A DNA stretch of 64,000 nucleotides from Octopus sinensis (Eukaryota), in assembly GCF_006345805.1 (NCBI RefSeq), contig NC_043000.1, positions 99,324,001 to 99,388,000 of the forward strand, written 5' to 3'. The notes beneath the pieces were generated by a model. The model saw nothing but the letters and a program-made list of their open reading frames with translations, had not been told where the DNA came from and ran no database searches. Shown here in pieces: positions 48,534-59,992 of this stretch (position 1 is the stretch's first letter; every line of letters begins with the position of its first letter). A program made the translations under genes and the position numbers.

Positions 48534-51040
48534 TGACACATATCATTCACTAATAAAAAGCAGGGTGAGGATTCTGCTTACAAAAGTCCATCTCTCCAAG
48601 AAAATGGGCCGACCACGAATTAACACTGCCAGAACACCGGACCCTACACTGCGACAAAGTTTTGCTGTTTCTACTAAGGTTGTCCTCAGTAGCTGCCCAA
48701 CCACCTCTGCTGAAAGTAGGTGGTATTATATCAGGGAAGCTTTGTATGCCACATCAATAGATAATTTCGGCATGAGAGAAAGGCAAAACCCAGATTTTGT
48801 TCAGTGCTGGGCTCTCAGAGCTGGAAACAGTTATCGAAGCAAAGCGTGCAATTCTGATGTAATACAAGAGTGATTCTTCTACAAAGTCAATCGAAGAACT
48901 CAGAAAAGCCAGAAATAAAACCCAGCTGATTGCCAGACGCTGTGCAAATAGGTATTGGCAGAAAATCTGTCAGAGTATCCAGTCAGCTGCTGACAGTGGC
49001 GACACCCGTGGGATGTATGCCGGTTTGAAAAGGCCCTCGGTCCATCCGCAACCAAGTCAACCCCTCTGAAATCAACTACTAGGGATCTCATCAAGGACCA
49101 AAGCAAGCAAATGGATACATGGGTGGAGTACTACCAGGATCTCTACTCACGAGAGACCAGGGTAGCTGAGGCTGCAATCGAGGGTGTCAAGATCTTGCCA
49201 GTCATGTGTGAACTTGACAGTCTGCCATCTATAGCAGAGCTCACCAAGGCTATTGACTCCCTAGCAAGTAACAAGGCTCCGGGAAAAGACGGCATCCCCT
49301 TAGAGATCATCAAAACCGGTAAAAACACCATCCTGCCTCGGCACATTCATGAGCTTCTGTGTCAATGCTGGGAAGAGGGTACAGTCCCTCAGGATATGCA
49401 GGATGCTAACATCATTACGCTTTACAAAAACAAAGGTGACCGTGGTGATTGTAACAATTACCGTGGAATATCTCTTCTAAGCACTGTTGGAAAGACCTCT
49501 GCTCGCATTATCCTTTCCAGACTGCAACTACTTGCTTCTCGAATTTATCCAAAATCGCAGTGTGGCTTTAGGAGAAGCAGATCAACTATTGACATGATAT
49601 TCTCCATACGCCAACTTCAGGAGAAGTCCAGAGAGCAGAAAATGCCATTATATATGGCCTTCATTGATCTGACAAAGGCGTTTAACTTGGTAAGTAGAAA
49701 AGACCTCTTCACCCTGCTCCAAAAAATCGGATGTCCACCAAAGCTGCTGAGGATCATCAAAGCTTTCCATGATGATATGCAAGGCACCATACAGCACAAT
49801 GGTTAAACATCAGCCGGGTAAAGCAAGGTTGTGTCCTTGCTCCAACATTATTTGGCATCTTCTCGCTGCTGTTGTCACATGCCTTTGAGTCAGATGAGTG
49901 TTTCTGCACAGTAGAAGTGATGGGAAACTGAGTCAGATGCCTTTGAGTCAGATGAGTGTTTCTGCACAGTAGAAGTGATGGGAAACTGTTCAATCTCTCG
50001 TGTATGCGCGCCAAGACTAAAATCAGAAGCGTCCTGATCAAGGAGATGCCGCTCTGGTATCATACACAGAAGAAGCCCTACAAAGGCTCATCAACTGTTT
50101 TGAGCAAGCATGTGGCAACTTTGGCTTAGTTATCCGCCTCAAGAAGACCAACATCATGGGTCAGGCTACATCGGACATCCTAAACATACATATTGGCGAC
50201 CACAGACTACAGGAGATGGAGAAGTTTACCTATCGTGGCTCTACCTTACAACCTATCCCTTGATGCTGAGCTCAATATACGCATTGGCAAGGCACCTGCT
50301 GTGATGGCCCAACTCTCCAAACGGGCATGGGACAATAAGCCAACCAAGACCACGAAAATGAAGATTTACCAGGCATTTGTACTTAGCACTCTACTGTATG
50401 GAAGTGAGACTTGGATGCCATACACATGCCATACGACGCCATACGTCGTCTAAATATCTTTCACATGCGCTGCCTCCGGAAAAACCTTCACATCAAATGG
50501 CAGAATCATGTCCCCAACAAAGATGTCCTCAAGCAAGCAGGAATATCAAGCATGTTTGCACTCCTCACACAAAGCCGTATGAGATGGCTTGGACATGTTA
50601 GCCGTATGGAAGATGGCAGAATCCCCAAGGACATACTCAACGGAGAGCTTGCTAGGGGCACTAGGTCCGTGGGAAGACCGTTCTTACCATACAAGGATGT
50701 TTGCAAAAGGGACATGAATGCCTGCAATATCAATATTACCAACTGGGAAGCAGTTGCCAGCAACCGTGGAGATTGGCGACGTACCGTAAAAGAGGGAACA
50801 CAAAGGAGTGACATAGAGAGAGAGGAGAAATAGAACGACAAGAAAAGACGTCAACAAGAAAGTATGACATTACAACCAGCCAGGCAAAGTCTTCGCTACA
50901 TTTGCGGCACCTGCCAGAGGGAGTGTTTGTCCAAGATAGGACTACACAGCCACAGCAGAAGATGTATTAGGACATGAAATGTTTAGATTATTTTATGCCC
51001 AACTCCATTGTCTCCCGAGACAAAAGTGATGCCAACAACA
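48526..51040 (+). mobile_element. 5'-truncated RTE (BovB-like) LINE, inactive
   Basis: ADCDTYHSL (end of APE), KAPGKDGIP, NYRGISLLS, QCGFR, FIDLTKAF, KQGCVLAP, LLYGSETW, RWLGHVSRM and C-terminal CGTCQRECLSKIGLHSHSRRC. 3' hairpin TGTCTCCCGAGACA then GATGCCAACAACA. Frameshifted. Confidence 0.95.
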
Positions 51041-51330
51041 ATATATATGGATTTTGTAGACAGGAACTGAAACAAATCAATCGTATATATATGTATGTAT
51101 ATATGTAAGTGTATGTGTGTGTCTTTGTCTCTGTGTTTCGCCCTCATCACTGCTTCACAACTGCTGTTCATTTATTTACATCCACATAACTTACTGGTTT
51201 CACAAGAACAAACTAATAGAATAAGTACTAGGCTTATCAACATAAAAAAGCACTAGGTTGTGTAACATATTTTTGTTTGCCCACTCAGTTGTATCTATCA
51301 ATTTATCTTTGTATGAGTGTGTGTGTATCT

Positions 51331-51339
<9 letters not shown>

Positions 51340-51361
<22 letters not shown>

Positions 51362-51369
51362 TTATATAT

Positions 51370-51403
<34 letters not shown>

Positions 51404-52719
51404 ACACCTTAATGGGAGCCTTAACTCCCAAATTTTAGTCATTTCTTTTATGATCCAAAACTACGTCAAAAGTACTGAAAGGATCTTTATGAAATTTGGA
51501 AATTATATTCTATGCATAAGGGCCATAACCCCCATGACAATTCATATATTTTTGCTGTTGATAAAATTTTAACCATAGATATTAAACACAAATGAAGTAA
51601 TATTTATAATATTTCATCTTCTTACAAAGTTAGAGAGACCCCTCCATGGGGACTTAACACCCACAATTTTGTCATTTTATCTAAGCAAAAACGAATACAG
51701 TTGTGCTCTTGGAAGCTGTAGGGTTACCCGAGCATAAAAGTTGGGCATTATTTCTAATTCAATGGTACAACAGTGTAACAGTTTGCTTTGACATACACTT
51801 ACTTGTGATTTCTGCAATGTGGTGCATAAATTGTTAAGTAAATGAGAGGCATCTTTGCTTCCACTGATTCAGTTGCAAAGTGTTGAGTAAAGTTATTTGA
51901 TTGCAGACCTCCTTTCAGTCTTTTTATTATCACTCGGTCACACATAGTCCCCAGATGGTAACATTGATTTCAAGGCCTTCCCAGATGAGTGAGTGGTTAT
52001 TCAAAGACATTTATAGATTTTAAATTTATTCTGTCCAGTTACATATCAGTATAGTGGTCATTTGCAAACTCCAGAGGTGACACTTTAATTTCTCCTTAGC
52101 CCTCACGTCGCACAGTTGATAATGTTGATTTCAGTTGGGTCACGCCCTTCCAGTTGCTATAGATTCGTAATGCATCTTACGGCTGTGCCTGTCACCTGGA
52201 TGGTGAGGAATCCTACATTGGGAGTGGTAACGAGTAGGGTAGGGTAACTGACTGCTTATTGTGATCATTCGTCTTTTGGTTTCATGTAGCTTTGCTCTCT
52301 TTTACAAACCCAGTGAACATATATTTCCTATTTCAAAGAAATTCAAACAATAGATATAAGACCCAAATTAAAAAGATCTTCAACAATTCAACTTCTCTGG
52401 TTGACATTAAGATGCCCACCCCCAACAGGGGCATTAACTCTCACATTTTAGAGCTCCATGACCTTCATTTTTCAGGAGCAAAATCTTTTAAACAGGTTCA
52501 ATAAGACTGGAATTTTGGAATATGCGCATAAAAATCAGTAGTATGGGATACATGTGGCACGATTACAATTTTTTAGGTTGTGTAAAGAGGGAAATAGCCC
52601 TCATCTGCAATTTTGATGAAATTCGAAACATAGATATTCCAGTTCATTACAGAAGATATAACAGAAAAGTTTAATTCTTCAATTGAATGTAACCGGGCAA
52701 CGCCGGGTATCTCTGCTGG
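51340..52719 (+). mobile_element. Non-autonomous Helitron (~1.4 kb)
   Basis: 5' A|TCTATATAT; 3' hairpin CCGGGCAACGCCGGG then CTGG (CTRR). Three dispersed GGG..TTAAC.C.CA.ATTTT subrepeats. Confidence 0.6.
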
Positions 52720-52758
52720 GATATATATAGATATACACACACACCCACACACACACAC

Positions 52759-53000
52759 GGAGGGTGTTCAAAAAGTCTCTCCGCAGTGAATTTTTTTTTC
52801 TCCATGATGTATTTCAAAACATGTAGAAGACTCAACTTATCTACTGAAAATGAAGGACGACACTTTCAACAGCTCTAATAAAGTTTTTTTCTTTTTTTAA
52901 ATCTTGTAAAGTCCAATATATTCTTTTGTAGTCTTACACCATATTAATATTAATTTTGCAATAAAAATACTTACTGCGGAGAGACTTCTTCAACAACCTG
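52759..53000. mobile_element. Tc1/mariner-type MITE
   Basis: ~28-bp imperfect TIRs GTGTTCAAAAAGTCTCTCCGCAGT / ACTGCGGAGAGACTTCTTCAACAAC, with TA on the right flank. Confidence 0.75.
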
Positions 53001-53004
53001 TATG

Positions 53005-53065
<61 letters not shown>

Positions 53066-53068
<3 letters not shown>

Positions 53069-53302
53069 TATATTAAATTAGAGACAAAACCACTATTAGG
53101 CAAATCAAACAATGAAAAACTTAATCCAATACATAAGATTATTTAATTTATAATATTTAAATATATAACAAAATTATTAAAAAAATATAATTAAATTTTG
53201 TTATATATATAAATAATATAAATTAAATAATCTTATGTATGGATTAAGTTTTTCATTGTTTGATTTGCCTAATAGTGGTTTTGTCTCTAATTTAATATAA
53301 TA
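53066..53302. repeat. Inverted repeat with ~86-bp arms (one indel) plus inner 15-bp arms
   Basis: 53066-53152 versus 53217-53302. Confidence 0.95.
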
Positions 53303-53378
53303 AATATTTTACTATAAAATTGGATTCAATCCTAAACTGATTTTTTCTGTAAGTTTGGATTTATTCCCTAATATTTAT

Positions 53379-53424
<46 letters not shown>

Positions 53425-53500
53425 CATACATACATACATACATCAACATACATACATACATACATACATACATACATGTATATATATATATTATATATAT

Positions 53501-53531
<31 letters not shown>

Positions 53532-53532
53532 G

Positions 53533-53604
<72 letters not shown>

Positions 53605-53863
53605 TATATATTATAATATTATATTAAGGTATGTAGAAAAATACAACATGGACAAGAACGTATAACTCTTAGAAGACGATACAATAACACGGACAGGACA
53701 TTCGAACCCTCAGTCTTCAGTCAAGAACCGGATCATCGTAGTAATTTCGGCTATATATATATATATATAAAATTAAATATTAGGGAATAAATCCAAACTT
53801 ACAGGGAAAAATCAGATTTAGGATTGAATCCAATTTTATAGTAAAATATTATATTATATTAAA
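53290..53863. repeat. Second inverted repeat, ~86-bp arms, ~400-nt microsatellite-rich spacer
   Basis: 53290-53375 versus 53775-53863. Confidence 0.9.
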
Positions 53864-54037
53864 TCCTACACCTACCACCATCAAGGAAAGTATTGATCAT
53901 GTTCACTACATGTTGACGGATGATAGGCGATTGGCTATAAACCAAATAGCCAATGCAATTAACACATCCCGTAAAAAGGTTGAAAATTTACATGATTTAC
54001 AATTGATGGATATTTATCCTCATCTTGTTTGTTGTTA

Positions 54038-54081
54038 ACACAATGTTTCGGCTGATATACTCTCCAGCTTTCATCAAGTGT
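54038..54081 (-). ncRNA. Hammerhead motif, left copy
   Basis: ACAC-UUGAUGA-A-AGCUG(GAGAGUAUAU)CAGCC-GAAAC-AUU-GUGU. Confidence 0.6.
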
Positions 54082-54141
54082 CTTGGGAAATTTCGAACCT
54101 GGGTTCTCATTCCTAAGGTATTTTTGATGTTATTATTATTG

Positions 54142-54209
<68 letters not shown>

Positions 54210-54323
54210 GTTATTATTATTATTATTATTATTCAAGTCACTGCCTGGAATCGAACTCAGAATCTTGGGGTTAAGAACGCTGGCTGCTAACCCCAAGATT
54301 CCGAGTTTGATTCCAGACAGTGA

Positions 54324-54360
<37 letters not shown>

Positions 54361-54361
54361 C

Positions 54362-54392
<31 letters not shown>

Positions 54393-54404
54393 TAATAATA
54401 ATAA

Positions 54405-54630
54405 CTAGCGTTGCCGGGTCATAGTGCTACTGCATGCATATACAGCTGCGTGTGTGCGCGCATACACGCGAGTACTGTCCAAATCTCCGACCAATCACAT
54501 ACAGCTAGCTGGCATTCAATTGGCGTATCAAGTTTCGGGCATTTTGATTGGCTTTTGGATAGAAAATTCACAAAAAAGTCACTTCTATTGATTTTTTAAT
54601 GGCTTTGCGGGGGGGGGGGGATGTAAGGAT
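54405..54630 (-). mobile_element. Helitron-like 3' fragment inserted in the (AAT)n linker
   Basis: Minus strand ends CCCGGCAACG-CTAG|T, similar to the Helitron ends at 19258 and 52719. Confidence 0.5.
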
Positions 54631-54707
54631 GTAAGAACAAGAACAACAACAACAACAACATCGAAAAATACCTTAGGAATGAGAACCCAGGTTCGAAATT
54701 TCCCAAG

Positions 54708-54752
54708 ACACCTGATAAAGGCTGGAGGGTATATCAGCCGAAACGTTGTCTT
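54708..54752 (+). ncRNA. Hammerhead motif, right copy
   Basis: ACAC-CUGAUAA-A-GGCUG(GAGGGUAUAU)CAGCC-GAAAC-GUU-GUCUU. Confidence 0.6.
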
Positions 54753-55164
54753 AACAACAAACAAGATGAGGACAAATATTCGTAAAATGTAAATAATGTA
54801 AATAACGTGCATAATTCCTCATCTCCTAAATATAGAACTGTAGATTTGAGAATATTCTGCGCAATGAACTTGTTTCTGCTCAGTAGGTGCCACGTCTTCT
54901 GACCCCAGAAAGCGCATCAGGCTGATCATATCACGGGAAAATCCAACATTGTTTCAGGTAGATCTAACTAGTTTCTTTGAACGTTTTCTAAGCCAAGATG
55001 TGTATTGGCTTAGTCACTCTGAGCCAAAGACAATGGGACAATCTATGCAGTGGAAACACCCCCTCCTCACCTACTCCAAAGCAAGTCAAGGTCGTTTCAT
55101 ATGCAGGGAAGGTGATGACCTCAGTTTTTGGGGGATACAAAAGGCATTGTGTTTATTATTATTA

Positions 55165-55470
55165 TTTTGGTAAACTTGGTACTTATTTTGTCGTCTGTTT
55201 TTGCGGAACCGTTAAATTCCGGAGACGTTAACAAACCAACACCAGTTGTCAAGCGATAGAGGGAGACAAACTCACAAAAAGACACACGCACACTTACGTG
55301 TGTATATATATATATATACATATATGCGACGGGATTCTTTCGGTTTCCGTATACCAAATCCATTCACATGGGTTTGGTCAACCCGGGGCTATAAAGAAAT
55401 TTCCCCAAGGTGCCACGCAGTGGGACTGAACCTGGAACCATATGGTTAGGAAGCAAACTTCTTGCGACAC
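55165..55470 (-). mobile_element. SINE family C, diverged
   Basis: CCAAGGTGCCACGCAGTGGGACTGAACC, internal (TA)n and GTTGTCAAGCGAT. Confidence 0.8.
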
Positions 55471-55593
55471 AGTGAGAAAGAAAGAATGTAAATAAGAAGT
55501 AAAGAGAACCTGAAAGGGCGACTGATTGCGCTTGATGTGTGTGTGTATGTGTGTGGTGTGTGTGTGTGTGTGTGTGTGTCTGTGTCTGTGTGT

Positions 55594-55635
<42 letters not shown>

Positions 55636-55639
<4 letters not shown>

Positions 55640-56153
55640 TTGAATGTATATAAGAGACCACATTTCGGCTGTTTCGACCGAGAGATTTTGTGATACATTT
55701 ATTCAAATCCTTATTTACGTATTCAGTCAGAGTGGTATAGAATACGAAAAATGCAGAACTCCACGAAGCTACATCAAGTAAGTAGATACGGAAAGCAACT
55801 GGAAGTATATAGATCTTATACAAAAATATTAGGAATATTTATCTGACATTTAGTGAGAGCTTGAGAGGAGACATCAGAAAGAAAAGAAAAAAGCTAGTAA
55901 CAATAGATATTTATCGCTCAGTCATAAAGTTTAAATGTCAGGATAATTTTGTTTTTTTAATATTTTTCTATAAGATCTACATACATATATATACTTTCGG
56001 TTGCATTCAGTTTTGTATAGGAACTGAATACGTAGAGATCTGCAATGTTATTGTTGAATAACATTCAGAATATGTAAATGAGGCTTTGAAAATGTACTAT
56101 ATTCGACAAAGCTCTTCGTTCGTGGCACAACTTTGTAGTGGAGTCTATATACA

Positions 56154-56184
<31 letters not shown>

Positions 56185-56755
56185 TCTGTGTCTGTGTCTG
56201 TGTGTGTGTTGTGTTGTGTGTGTGTGTGTGTGTGTGTTGTGTCCTTGAATGTATATAAGAGACCACATTTCGGCTGTTTCGACCGAGAGATTTTGTGATA
56301 CATTTATTCAAATCCTTATTTACGTATTCAGTCAGAGTGGTATAGAATACGAAAAATGCAGAACTCCACGAAGCTACATCAAGTAAGTAGATTACGGAAA
56401 GCAACTGGAAGTATATAGATCTTATACAAAAATATTAGGAATATTTATCTGACATTTAGTGAGAGCTTGAGAGGAGACATCAGAAAGAAAAGAAAAAAGC
56501 TAGTAACAATAGATATTTATCGCTCAGTCATAAAGTTTAAATGTCAGGATAATTTTGTTTTTTTAATATTTTTCTATAAGATCTACATACATATATATAC
56601 TTTCGGTTGCATTCAGTTTTGTATAGGAACTGAATACGTAGAGATCTGCAATGTTATTGTTGAATAACATTCAGAATATGTAAATGAGGCTTTGAAAATG
56701 TACTATATTCGACAAAGCTCTTCGTTCGTGGCACACCTTTGTAGTGGAGTCTATA

Positions 56756-56760
<5 letters not shown>
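55636..56760 (+). repeat. Tandem duplication, 606-bp period, copies bounded by (GT)n
   Basis: 55636-56155 versus 56241-56760 differ by one indel and one substitution. The ORF track shows identical 66-aa ORFs 606 bp apart. Confidence 0.95.
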
Positions 56761-56847
<87 letters not shown>

Positions 56848-57323
56848 TGTTTATGTGTGTGTTCATGAGTTATTTGGTATTGTTGATCAATCTGTCGGAA
56901 ACAACAAAACATTTTTACTCATTACAGGAGTCTACATAGTTTGTTGAATAAAATTTATTAATTATTGTAAGTTCACAGGAACTGAGGTTCCGCATTACTG
57001 ATTATTCGAAAAGACTGGTTCAATAAGCCGACGAGACGAAATTTGAAGTCCCAATCAACTCTGGATAATCATGCTAAGCAATCGTACCAGAGTTATAGAA
57101 CTGGACGCCAAAACGAAGCTATGCCATATGCTATAGAAGACTAATTCATGAATTATTGAGAGAAGGTAAACAAATAATTAGTGATAATTGCAACAAACTC
57201 CAAATGAAGAGGAGAGATAAGCTCAAGCAATTAACCGTCAATCTCCTGATATAACATGCTCGTAAAGAAAAGACAATTTGTTTGTCATTTTAAGAGACAA
57301 CACGTTTGTGTGTCTAAGTTCGT

Positions 57324-57359
<36 letters not shown>

Positions 57360-57699
57360 TGTACATTAAAACACTTGTGGAATCCACTCATGGGATTCAA
57401 ACACGCTAGAAAGAACAGCTAGGTTCTAAAACCACAAAATTAGGGATAAAATTCGACAGGAACGAAATGAAAAAGTAAAAACATTTTACCATCTAATTTC
57501 CTGGACCAATTGGTTTCTGATTTTAGTTTAGCAAGTAAATAACATTTACTCGCGAGGTGAAATCGTTTTCAACAGGGACACCTTAGATTAAATATATACA
57601 CACGAGGCGATCAACTATGTGCCTCTTGTTAATACATCCTAATTTCTTTCAAAATATACCGCGCAGACGCAGTCCTTCACCGACAATAAAAAAATGCCA

Positions 57700-57767
57700 A
57701 CTTTTAAAAACACCGGTTGTCAAGCTGTGATGGGAAAACAAATACAGACACAAACACACACACACAC

Positions 57768-57820
<53 letters not shown>

Positions 57821-57972
57821 GCGACGTACTTCTTTCAGTTTCCGTCTATCAGATCCACTCACAAGATTTTGGTTAGCCCGAGGCTATAGCGGAAGACACT
57901 TGACCAAAGTGATACACAGTGGCATTGAACCTCAAACCATATAGTTATGAAGCAAGCTTCTTACCACACAGC
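57700..57972 (-). mobile_element. SINE family C, 5' two-thirds, with internal (AC)n
   Basis: Same modules as 25045-25552. Confidence 0.8.
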
Positions 57973-58553
57973 CACATGTGTGTGTGTGTGTGTGCGTGTG
58001 CGCGCGCGTACCGTAATCTAGTGGTTCGTCAGGAGTAACCGATTGTGAAAAGTAACACCTGAGATCGATTTGTTCGACTAAAACTCTTCAAGGCGGTACT
58101 CCAGCATGGCCACAATCAAGTAAGTAAAACAAATAAACAAAAAAAAAACGAAAAAGTATAAAGTTTAGCATCGACTACCTATTGAGTCATAGAGCACTCT
58201 CAGTGGTTATATATGTCACTCAGATAAAACTAAGATTTTTCCCTCTCTGATTTATGAGTGTTTGGTGTAAGTGCGTGTGAGTGTGTTGTAATATAAATAT
58301 CGCAGACCTATAATTACTTCATACTGCAGAGATTCGACCGAAACCGAAATAACATTTTCTACGTACGAATATTATGGATTCCATTACTGAAATGGGGTAA
58401 AATAAAATTATTATATAAATATATATAAAGAGAACACCGTGTCGTGCTTCATTTCATTTCATTAAATTATATTTCACTAACGAGAAAGCAAAATAGATTT
58501 TCAGCAAGATATTTTCTCTCCTTTGCAAAATAACGTGTGTGTGTTGTATGTGT

Positions 58554-58587
<34 letters not shown>

Positions 58588-58932
58588 TCAGGGACTTGGC
58601 CCGGATGACTGAAACAAGGTGAATTCCGTTAAAAACACTTTCGTTCTAGAAAGTAGTGTAAAACGGAGCGAGGGGCGACGGATTAAATCCACGCCCATCA
58701 AGAGGCCATCGCGAAATTGTGAAGAGCCAGAGAGAGATTAAAAGGCAGGTATATAGATAGAAAGGCAGATAGATAATGATTGTGATTCAAGAAAATATAC
58801 TCAAACATACAAATATTCATGAGGAGAAATTGGACCCACACGCCGAGTTTGTTATGACACAAACATGATCATTTGCATACACTTAAACTTGTGCGTATAG
58901 GGAATATATATTTTTTTTAACATTATTAATTA

Positions 58933-59454
58933 CCCTAAATCCTTGAGTATAATCCGCATTTTTTTCCCAAAATTTAAAGGTAAAAATTCCTAGTGCGTTC
59001 TATATACGGGGTTAAAAATGAAAATTATTTTTTAAGCAATGTCCGAGTCTCTATTTGCTCTCCGGCAATGTTTATTCAGACGCATTTTGTGATGTCGGGC
59101 GCGAAAACACCTTAAGCTAAGCCTGAAAGCAATGAAGTCATAAAAGAATCATCCATAACTTGCAGTAAGCAACATTTATTAAAATAAAAGTATTCAGAAC
59201 ACAGAATAACATATAACAAAAACAATTTGCAAACATATTTACATTCCCATATAACAGTTAAGAACATCACCATTATTGTATTACGCATGTGCGTAAGTAT
59301 TTGTTCGATTAGGTGCTGCTGGCTTAATTATGCACGACTCAAGTTAGAGAAGGGGTGCATATTATACACAAGGTTTAGGTTTTTCAGAAGTACAGCCCCC
59401 TAAAAATCCCCTGCGTATTATACTGAAGGGCGAACTATACTCGAGGATTTAAGG
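58933..59454. mobile_element. pogo/Tc2-type MITE, copy 1
   Basis: TIRs CCCTAAATCCTTGAGTATA / TATACTCGAGGATTTAAGG, TA flanks, and subterminal TGCGTA(T/C)TATA repeats. Confidence 0.85.
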
Positions 59455-59992
59455 TATACTTTGATCTTAGCCAAAACACCGAGAAGCTTCTTTTTAACTA
59501 ATAAATAAATTTAGCGGGTGGGTGGAAGCAAAATGTGTAATTTCTGATTTCTTGTTATTCCATACCCGTTTGAAACCATTACATTACAAGTATTGCATCA
59601 GCACTTGTTGCATCATCTTTGGGAGTAAAATTTCGTCAGTCTAGCTGTTGTTGTTGAAGTTGAGAGGGTTTCAAACATAGTCACCTGACAGTTACTTCTT
59701 TTTCAAGAGATTTAGCCTTAAATTTGACCCGATTGTAACTGACGTTGCTAATAAAATATCTGGATAATTGTTGGTGCTTAACAATCAATATTCTTTTCTC
59801 TGTTGTGTTCCAAGTCAATTTTTCCCCAATTGAAGTCGAATTTGATAATTTTCAAATTTCAAAAGATGATGTCTAAAGGGAGGCAAAATGAATAATGACT
59901 AATTTCAATGATTTCTTCTAACAGCATGGTACAAAAATATATACCACGTGAAGAAAGCCACTCCTGCAGCTCGTGAAGAAGTTAAGAGAATA

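Larger units (their letters stand above)
53988..54845. mobile_element. Head-to-head dimer of a tRNA-headed, (AAT)n-linked, hammerhead-tailed element
   Basis: Minus copy 53988-54273 and plus copy 54269-54845. TSD TTGAAAAT (53980-53987) / TTGAGAAT (54846-54853). Confidence 0.75.
53864..55160 (+). mobile_element. Mariner (irritans-like) transposase remnant split by the 53988-54845 insertion
   Basis: Left part: DHVHYMLTDDRRLAINQIANAINTSRKKVEN. Right part: ILRNEL, VSAQ*VPRLLTP, QSMQWKH, AGKVM.SVF. Confidence 0.85.

Noticed and set aside
49111-49806. 231-aa ORF as a functional gene
   Set aside because: It is part of a frameshifted RTE ORF that lacks the catalytic FADD motif.
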